From an uncultured Chloroflexia bacterium (GTDB lineage: Bacteria; Chloroflexota; Anaerolineae; JAAYZQ01): a DNA stretch of 64,000 bases. Below the pieces are notes generated by a model. The model worked only from the letters and a program-made list of their open reading frames with translations. It did no database searches and was not told where the DNA came from. Below, in pieces: positions 57,565 to 64,000 of the stretch. A program made the translations under genes and the position numbers. How positions within the stretch are numbered: the stretch's first letter is position 1; each line of letters begins with the position of its first letter. Where the stretch lies: NCBI GenBank assembly GCA_963700285.1, contig CAVOXA010000010.1, positions 1,920,001 through 1,984,000 of the forward strand, read 5' to 3'.

Positions 57565-60393
57565 TCATGCAGCCCGCGCCAATTGCTCCTTTTCGCTCAT
57601 CCTGCGTAGCACCCACTTGTTGACCTCGGCGGCCACCGATGGGAACAGGATCAAGGGCAGCATGGCCAGCCAGTCGCGGGCGGTGAGGGAGACGGTGCCA
57701 AAGATCGGCTGCAGGAAGGGTAGGTAGATGATGGCCAGCAGGATGACTGTCGAAGACAGCACCGCATACTGCATCCACTTGTTGCCCAAGATGCCGATGG
57801 CCCACAGAGAATAGCGCTCCGAGCGGGAAGTATAGGCCCGCAACAGCTCGGAGAACGAGAGCGTGGCAAAGGCCATCGACCGGGCAATGATCTCATTCTG
57901 CTGCATCCCGATCTGGAAGGCGGCCAACACAGCCAGGGAGATGGCCACGGTCTGCACAGCGATGCCGATGACCATGTCGCGGTTGATGATCGGCTCGTTC
58001 ACCGGCCGGGGCGGCTGGTCCATGATGTCCGGATCGCCTTTTTCGACTCCCAGCGCCAGCGCTGGGGCGCCGTCGGTGATCAGGTTCAGCACCAGCAGTT
58101 GGATGGGGATCAAGGGCAGCGGCCAACCCGCCAGCATGGCCACCAGCAGGATCGTAATCTCGGCCATGTTGCAGGAGAGCAAATAGTACACAAACTTGCG
58201 GATGTTGGCATAGATGACACGCCCCTGCTCGATGGCCGAGACGATGCTGGCATAGTTGTCGTCGGTCAGCACCATGTCGGCCGTCTCTTTGGAGACGTCG
58301 GTACCGGTGATGCCCATGGCCACGCCGATGTTGGAACGTTTCAGCGCCGGGGCGTCGTTCACGCCGTCGCCGGTCATGGCCACCACGTGCCCCTTAGCCT
58401 TGAGCCCATCCACAATTTGGACCTTGTGCTGGGGGGAGACGCGGGCATAGACGGCTACGTCTTCGACGACCGCCTCAAACTCGGGCGCCTGCATGCGGTC
58501 CAACTCAGCGCCGGTCAGCGATCGATCGCCTTCACGCAGCAGGCCGATCTCCTTGCCAATGGCCACAGCGGTATTCAAATAGTCACCCGTGATCATCACC
58601 GTCTCGATCCCGGCGTGGCGGGCCGTCTCGATGGCCCGGGCGACCTCCGGGCGGGCGGGGTCGATCATTCCCAGCAGTCCGATAAAGGTAAAATCATGCT
58701 CACTGTCCGCGGGCTGAGGATTGTCAGGCACCTCTTTCAGCGGCCGGAAGGCCACGCCCAGCACCCGCAAGGCGTTGGCAGCCAGGCTCTCGTTCTCATC
58801 CAGGATATTGCGGCTGCGCTCAGCGGTCAGAGGACGCATCACACCGTCTTCCAGGACCCGGTTGCACAGGCCCAGGACGATGTCGGGTGCGCCCTTCATG
58901 TAGGCCACGTAACCGCCGTAGCGAGGGTCGGCGTGAAAAGTGGTCATCCGCTTCCGCTCCGAATCGAAGGGGATCTCGGCCAGGCGCGCGTACTCTTGGC
59001 CCAGCTCCTCCCTTCCATAGCCTGCTTTGGCCGCGGCGACCACAAAAGCCCCTTCGGTGGGGTCGCCAGCGATGCGCCAGGAAGTAGAGTCGTTGTCGTC
59101 CAACTGCTCCAGCCGCGAGTCGTTGCACAGCAGGCCGGCCCGCAGGAGCAACCTCATGCCGGGATAGCCCTCCAGGCCAACGACCTCCCCGCTGTCGCGG
59201 AATTCGCCCTCAGGTTTGTAGCCCTCGCCGGTGATGGTCAGTAAGCTGCGATCCACGTACATCTGCACGGCTGTCATCTCGTTCTGGGTCAGGGTACCGG
59301 TCTTGTCGGAGCAGATGGCCGTGGCCGAGCCCAGCGTCTCGACGGCCGGCAGCTTGCGGATCAGGGCATTGCGTTTGACCATCTCCTGCATGCCCAGGGC
59401 CAGCGAGATGGTGACCACGGCGGGCAGCCCTTCGGGTACGGCGGCGATGGCCAGGCTGACGGCTACCATAAACATGTTGATCAGCGTCGGGACCGTTCCC
59501 GGATAGGCGAGATAGGCCCGCAGTCCCTCGCTGACGAGGATGCCCAACTCTGTGTCGCGCACGACCCCGATCAAGCCCACTGCGGCACAGATGATGAGGG
59601 TGATTACACCCAACGTCCGTCCCAACTGGTCCAGCTTGACCTGCAGCGGCGTCGGCTCTTCCTCGTAGGACTGGATCATCTCGGCAATGTGGCCAATCTC
59701 GGTCTGCATGCCTGTATTCACGACCAGGCCCCGGCCGCGCCCGTAGGTCACCACGGTACTCATGTAGGCCATGTTGTGCCGGTCGCCCACCGTCGCCTCA
59801 GCGTCAAAGGTATCCGCGGCATCTTTGCCCACCGGGACCGATTCTCCCGTAAGCGCCGCCTCCTCGATGCGCAGGTTCACGCTCTCGACCAGGCGCACGT
59901 CAGCCGGTACATAGTTGCCAGTCTCCAGGACCACCACATCGCCGGGCACCAACTCGGGAGCCGGCACCGTGATCAGGTGGCCGCCGCGAAACACCTGGGC
60001 GTTGGGTGCGGCCAGCTTTTTCAGGGCGGCCAGCGACTCCTCGGCGCGGCCCTCCTGTACCACGCCCAGGATGGCGTTGAGGATGACGATGGTCATGATG
60101 GCGATGGCATCGATGAATTCGGTTGTCTCGCCCGAGTGGGTATATTGCTGCCAGCCAATGAGGGCCGAGACGACGGCGGCGACGATGAGGATCAGAACCA
60201 GGAACTGGTTGAACTGATCCAGCAACATCCGCCAGAAACTGCGCGGTGGCGCTTCATCGAGTTCATTTCGCCCGAACCGGGCCCGCTGCTGGCGAACCTG
60301 GTCCTCGGTCAGGCCCCGCTGAAGGTCACTCTGCAGGACAGCCGCGGCCTCGGCCGCACTCATCGTATGCCAAATCAGGTTGTCTGGTGCCAT
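57565..60393 (-). CDS. P-type IIA cation (Ca2+)-transporting ATPase
   Basis: TGES, PEGL, DKTGT, KGAP, TGD, GDGVND. Confidence 0.96.
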   Translation of the reverse strand: MAPDNLIWHTMSAAEAAAVLQSDLQRGLTEDQVRQQRARFGRNELDEAPPRSFWRMLLDQFNQFLVLILIVAAVVSALIGWQQYTHSGETTEFIDAIAIMTIVILNAILGVVQEGRAEESLAALKKLAAPNAQVFRGGHLITVPAPELVPGDVVVLETGNYVPADVRLVESVNLRIEEAALTGESVPVGKDAADTFDAEATVGDRHNMAYMSTVVTYGRGRGLVVNTGMQTEIGHIAEMIQSYEEEPTPLQVKLDQLGRTLGVITLIICAAVGLIGVVRDTELGILVSEGLRAYLAYPGTVPTLINMFMVAVSLAIAAVPEGLPAVVTISLALGMQEMVKRNALIRKLPAVETLGSATAICSDKTGTLTQNEMTAVQMYVDRSLLTITGEGYKPEGEFRDSGEVVGLEGYPGMRLLLRAGLLCNDSRLEQLDDNDSTSWRIAGDPTEGAFVVAAAKAGYGREELGQEYARLAEIPFDSERKRMTTFHADPRYGGYVAYMKGAPDIVLGLCNRVLEDGVMRPLTAERSRNILDENESLAANALRVLGVAFRPLKEVPDNPQPADSEHDFTFIGLLGMIDPARPEVARAIETARHAGIETVMITGDYLNTAVAIGKEIGLLREGDRSLTGAELDRMQAPEFEAVVEDVAVYARVSPQHKVQIVDGLKAKGHVVAMTGDGVNDAPALKRSNIGVAMGITGTDVSKETADMVLTDDNYASIVSAIEQGRVIYANIRKFVYYLLSCNMAEITILLVAMLAGWPLPLIPIQLLVLNLITDGAPALALGVEKGDPDIMDQPPRPVNEPIINRDMVIGIAVQTVAISLAVLAAFQIGMQQNEIIARSMAFATLSFSELLRAYTSRSERYSLWAIGILGNKWMQYAVLSSTVILLAIIYLPFLQPIFGTVSLTARDWLAMLPLILFPSVAAEVNKWVLRRMSEKEQLARAA

Positions 60394-60606
60394 CTCTATG
60401 CAAGGCTCCCAACAGAATAGTCCGCGTCCCAATCCACAGACGCGGACTATTATAACAGTTTTTGTAGGGAGGGCCAATCCTGGCGATACCTCGTGTTTAG
60501 TCCATGCGCGGCCGCTGCCAGATCAGAGAAGAGACCACCACCATCACGACCAGCGCGAGACATGTTTCGTGGTGCGTGTTTCGCTGTTCATCCCTCGTCC
60601 GTCGTC

Positions 60607-61761
60607 CTACAGCGGCTTTTCGTAGACGCGATACGTCTTGTAGATCTCGCCCCCCAGGCGATCGATGATGCGGTTCATCATGTCGTTGGATTCCAGAATC
60701 CACGACATCTCGCAGCGCAGGTAGCCCTTGCGGAAGGCGGACCGCGCCGTCTCGACGTACAGCAGGGCGTCGATGCCCATGCCGCGGTACTCGGGCACCA
60801 CGCCCAGGATCAGCGTCCGCAGCGAATCCACCTTGCGCCGGTACCACAGGAACTTGGCCAATGTCCAGGGCAGGCTCCAATTGTTGGGTTGCGGTCGGGC
60901 CTTGACCATGGCCTGGTACACGTTAGGGATAGTGATGCCCACACCCGCCGGCTTGCCGTCCACCAGGGCAAAGACGACCAGGTCAGGATCGAGGATCATT
61001 TTGAGCTCCTTGGCCAGGTGCTCGATCTCGTGGTCGGTGAAGGGCACAAAGCCCCAGTTCACCTCCCATGCCTCGTTGTAGACGGCCTTGGCCAGCAGCA
61101 CATCAGCATCAAACTGCTTCATATTCAGGGGCCGGACCTCCAGGTCCTCCCGCTGCTTGGCCTGCTCGGCCACGCGGATGAACTTGCGCGGCAGCTTTTG
61201 CACGTCGAGGTCAAAGATGTTGGTCAGAAGATCCCAGGCGTACAAGTCCTGGGCCTTTTGGAAACCGGAACCTTCGACCAGGCCCTGGTAGTACCTGGGG
61301 TTGTACATCATCATCACCACGCGCGGCTCGTCAAAACCGTCGACCAGCAGGCCGACCTCTTCGTTCTGCGAGGGGTTTTCGGGCCCGCGGATGGCGTCCA
61401 TGCCCTGCTCCCGCAGCCAGCCCGAGGCTGCATCAAACAGCGCATCGGCTACAGCCTGGTCATCGATGGTCTCAAAGAAGCCAAAAAAGCCGACTTTGTC
61501 CCCGTGGATCTGGTTGTGGCGGTGGTTGACGTGGGCGCTGATGGTACCCACAAGCTCCTCACCGCACTTGGCCAGGAAGAGCTGCTGATCGGCATGCTCC
61601 CAGAAGGGATGTTTGCCCGGGGTGAGCAGGGCCAGGTGGTCCATAAAGATGGGCGGTACCCAGAGGGGATCGTCCTTGTAGATGCGCCAGGGGAACTTGG
61701 CGAATTCCTTGCGCTGGTCCTCGCTGGTGACGGGGATGATGCGAACATCGGATGCTGTCAT
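60607..61761 (-). CDS. GNAT-fold protein (YghO-like)
   Basis: IYKDDPLWVPP, GFFGFFE, GLLVDGF, YNPRYY, NWGFVP, EMSWILESN. Confidence 0.8.
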   Translation of the reverse strand: MTASDVRIIPVTSEDQRKEFAKFPWRIYKDDPLWVPPIFMDHLALLTPGKHPFWEHADQQLFLAKCGEELVGTISAHVNHRHNQIHGDKVGFFGFFETIDDQAVADALFDAASGWLREQGMDAIRGPENPSQNEEVGLLVDGFDEPRVVMMMYNPRYYQGLVEGSGFQKAQDLYAWDLLTNIFDLDVQKLPRKFIRVAEQAKQREDLEVRPLNMKQFDADVLLAKAVYNEAWEVNWGFVPFTDHEIEHLAKELKMILDPDLVVFALVDGKPAGVGITIPNVYQAMVKARPQPNNWSLPWTLAKFLWYRRKVDSLRTLILGVVPEYRGMGIDALLYVETARSAFRKGYLRCEMSWILESNDMMNRIIDRLGGEIYKTYRVYEKPL

Positions 61762-62178
61762 GGGTTGTCTCCTCTCCCTGGTCCTATCGTGGCAGGACTC
61801 AGTACCCTACGCCTGGCGCCGCTGCTGTGCTGGCTGTGCGTGCCAGTAGGGATTATACTCGAAAAGCGGGGGCAGGGCAAACGGGCACTGGCGGGCTATG
61901 GGGAAAGATTCACCGCGAAGGTGCAAAGAGCGCCAAGTACCCTTATACCATTGCTCGAGCCAGATCACGGATCTGGCGGTTCAAGACCGGTGGACGCTAC
62001 ACGCCTGATGTTCCCGCATGCTTTTGGCGGGAATCCATGCCACCGGCAACCGTCACCGCGAAGCCATCGAACGAGTTTCCGCCAAGGCCCCTCAGCCTGA
62101 GTTCGGCAGGACGTTCCATCAAAGACACCGATTTCTCGCTCTGGTCGATGTTGAACAAGCCAGGAGGAAGGTGCCTGT

Positions 62179-62207
62179 TTGACTTTTTGGCAGCCACAGG
62201 CTAGAAT
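62179..62207 (+). promoter_or_regulatory. sigma70-type promoter for the ncRNA / dtd
   Basis: TTGACT-17bp-TAGAAT. Confidence 0.7.
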
Positions 62208-62213
62208 GACAAC

Positions 62214-62375
62214 ACCAGTGTATGCTTGAGACTGATGGTTTGAATGCAAAGGTCGCACTGGCTCTTCCAGGCCAGCGCGAGACCAGAAACCGTTGGACTA
62301 TGGCGAGCACCGCCTGCTTCACGGCGGTACGGTTGAGTCACCATGCCAACGCTCAGCTTAGGATATGCACTAGGG
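62214..62375 (+). ncRNA. ssrS: Structured ncRNA, 6S RNA candidate
   Basis: 5' CCAGTGTATGCTTGAGACTGA pairs with 3' TCAGCTTAGGATATGCACTAGG; internal GGCGAGCACCGCCTGC...GCGGT resembles the GGCACCCACCTG...GCGGGT element of Firmicute 6S; starts right after a promoter. Confidence 0.55.
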
Positions 62376-62400
62376 CACCAAGGAGAGGAACAGAGGAGCC

Positions 62401-62856
62401 ATGCGAGCGGTCATCCAGCGCGTGCAGAAAGGACAGGTTGCCGTTGAGGGCAAGCCCATCGGCGCCATTGGTCCGGGTCTGGTCATTCTCCTGGGAGCCG
62501 GCCACGGCGATGGTCAGGCTGAGGCCAGCCGCCTGGCGGCCAAGATCGCCAACCTGCGCATCTTTTCTGACGGCGAGGGGAAAACCAACCTCTCCATCCT
62601 CGACGTGGGCGGTGAGGCCCTGGTAATTTCCCAGTTCACCTTGTACGCCGACTGCCGCAAAGGCCGGCGGCCCAGCTTTGTCCACGCCGCTCCGCCCGAC
62701 GTTGCCGCCCCCCTCGTGGACGATTTCGCCAGCCAGTTGCGGCAGGCCGGCATCGGCCGCGTTGCCACCGGCGAGTTTGGGGCCTCGATGCTCGTAGAGA
62801 TTCACAATGATGGTCCATTTACCATCATTTTGGACACGGACGATCTCAATCGCTAG
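62401..62856 (+). CDS. dtd: D-aminoacyl-tRNA deacylase
   Basis: [25 protein letters not shown]. Confidence 0.97.
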   Translation: MRAVIQRVQKGQVAVEGKPIGAIGPGLVILLGAGHGDGQAEASRLAAKIANLRIFSDGEGKTNLSILDVGGEALVISQFTLYADCRKGRRPSFVHAAPPDVAAPLVDDFASQLRQAGIGRVATGEFGASMLVEIHNDGPFTIILDTDDLNR

Positions 62857-62894
62857 TGGGGCCGTGCTCCCAACCATGGAAAGGAGATGGGCAG

Positions 62895-63254
62895 ATGATC
62901 ACATTGACCGAGGCGGCGGCGAACCAGCTACAAAGCCTGCTCGCGCAGAAAGACCTGCCGGATCAGGGCCTGCGGGTCTTTGTTCAAGCTGGCGGCTGCG
63001 CTGGCTTCCAGTATGGGATGAGCTATGAAAATGCGGCCCGGGAAGACGATGCCGTCATTGAGAACGAGGGGGTCCGGCTCTTTGTCGATCCTTTCAGCGC
63101 TCAGTTGTTGGCTGGGGCTCGCATCGACTACCAGGATACCCTGATGGGCACCGGTTTTCAGGTGGACAATCCCAACGCTGTAGCCTCTTGCGCCTGCGGC
63201 ATTTCTTTCCGTACCGAAGGCAGCAGGAAAGTGGAAACGACCTGCAACCAGTGA
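62895..63254 (+). CDS. IscA/HesB-family Fe-S cluster assembly protein
   Basis: GGCAGFQYGM, NPNA..SCACG.SF. Confidence 0.93.
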   Translation: MITLTEAAANQLQSLLAQKDLPDQGLRVFVQAGGCAGFQYGMSYENAAREDDAVIENEGVRLFVDPFSAQLLAGARIDYQDTLMGTGFQVDNPNAVASCACGISFRTEGSRKVETTCNQ

Positions 63255-63289
63255 TCCTGAAAGGCAATGTGTAGACCACGGGGGGAAGG

Positions 63290-64000
63290 ATGGGATTTTA
63301 TCAGCAGTTGGAAGGGGCAGCCAAACGGAACCAGAGTCTGCTCTGCGTCGGGCTGGATCCAAGGCCAGAGCGCCTGTCGGCTGGGGATGACCTTTTCAGC
63401 TTCAACCAGCGGGTCATAGACGCCACGCGGGACCTGGTCTGTGCCTACAAACCAAACTTTGCCTTTTACGAGTCTGCGGGCCCGGAGGGGCTGGAGGCCC
63501 TGCGCCGGACCGTGGCCTATGTCCACAACACCGCCGGTGTGCCGGTCATTTTGGACGCCAAGCGGGGTGATATCGGTTCTACAGCGGAGGCGTACGCCCG
63601 CGCGGCCTTTGAGGTCTGGGGCGCTGATGCCCTCACAGTGAACCCCTACCTGGGGAGCGATTCAGTAGCCCCGTTTACCGCCTACGCGGAGCGGGGCGTT
63701 TTTCTGCTATGCCACACCTCGAACCCGGGAGCGACCGACCTGCAGACCCTCCCTTGCCCTGACCGGCCGCTGTACGAGATTGTGGCCGAAAAGGCTGCAG
63801 TCTGGGACACGGGACTTGTCGTAGGTGCGACCTATCCCCAAGCCCTGGCCCGTATCCGCGCCCTGGCTCCCGAGGCATGGATCCTTCTGCCCGGCGTCGG
63901 TGCTCAAGGCGGCGACCTGGAGGCGGCGTTGGGAGCTGGACTGCGTACAGATGGCTTGGGCGTGGTTGTGAATGCTTCGCGGGGAGTCATCTATGCCGGC
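63290..64000 (+). CDS. pyrF: Orotidine-5'-phosphate decarboxylase (runs off the window)
   Basis: Not in the ORF track. MGFYQQL...LCVGLDP...YKPNFAFYE...[11 protein letters not shown]...TVNPYLG...TSNPG...VGAT...PGVGAQGG. Confidence 0.95.
   Translation, partial: MGFYQQLEGAAKRNQSLLCVGLDPRPERLSAGDDLFSFNQRVIDATRDLVCAYKPNFAFYESAGPEGLEALRRTVAYVHNTAGVPVILDAKRGDIGSTAEAYARAAFEVWGADALTVNPYLGSDSVAPFTAYAERGVFLLCHTSNPGATDLQTLPCPDRPLYEIVAEKAAVWDTGLVVGATYPQALARIRALAPEAWILLPGVGAQGGDLEAALGAGLRTDGLGVVVNASRGVIYAG

Noticed and set aside
62895-63254. Selenocysteine-containing HesB-like protein
   Set aside because: All motif positions are Cys codons and there is no in-frame TGA

Overview
GC-rich bacterial chromosome segment, most likely Chloroflexota/Anaerolineae. 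This is an inference from VEVEKEV-repeat lipoproteins, FLPL/V motifs in secreted proteins, a GAAC-N4-GTTC LexA box and the style of the palindromic repeats. From left to right it contains: (i) a PMI-like cupin running off the left edge, a JAMM peptidase, a fused 2Fe-2S/molybdopterin oxidoreductase, csp, a nitroreductase and a GT2; (ii) a large minus-strand carbohydrate-catabolism locus (7.9-26.5 kb and 32.6-37.5 kb) with an ABC transporter, two fucose-isomerase-family enzymes, an RpiB/DhuI-like isomerase, a split transketolase, an IlvD-family dehydratase, dehydrogenases, an FGGY kinase, a TPP enzyme, and LacI and ROK regulators with visible operators; (iii) a decayed prophage-like island (26.8-31.95 kb) inside that locus, which the ORF track mostly misses, with a double-domain head-tail-adaptor-like gene, a LexA-boxed small gene, a transglutaminase cargo gene and many palindromic repeats, followed by a broken UPF0175/DUF3368 pair; (iv) DinB, two 5'-truncated secreted-protein pseudogenes, a xanthine-dehydrogenase-family pair and a RarA-methyltransferase fusion; (v) a 590-aa eukaryote/archaea-type (large) DNA topoisomerase IB, the most unusual gene here; (vi) housekeeping-type genes (P-type ATPase, GNAT, a 6S-like ncRNA candidate, dtd, IscA/HesB, pyrF). 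Several frameshifts are single extra bases in short runs and may be assembly errors. I saw no CRISPR, tRNA, rRNA, integrase or transposase.
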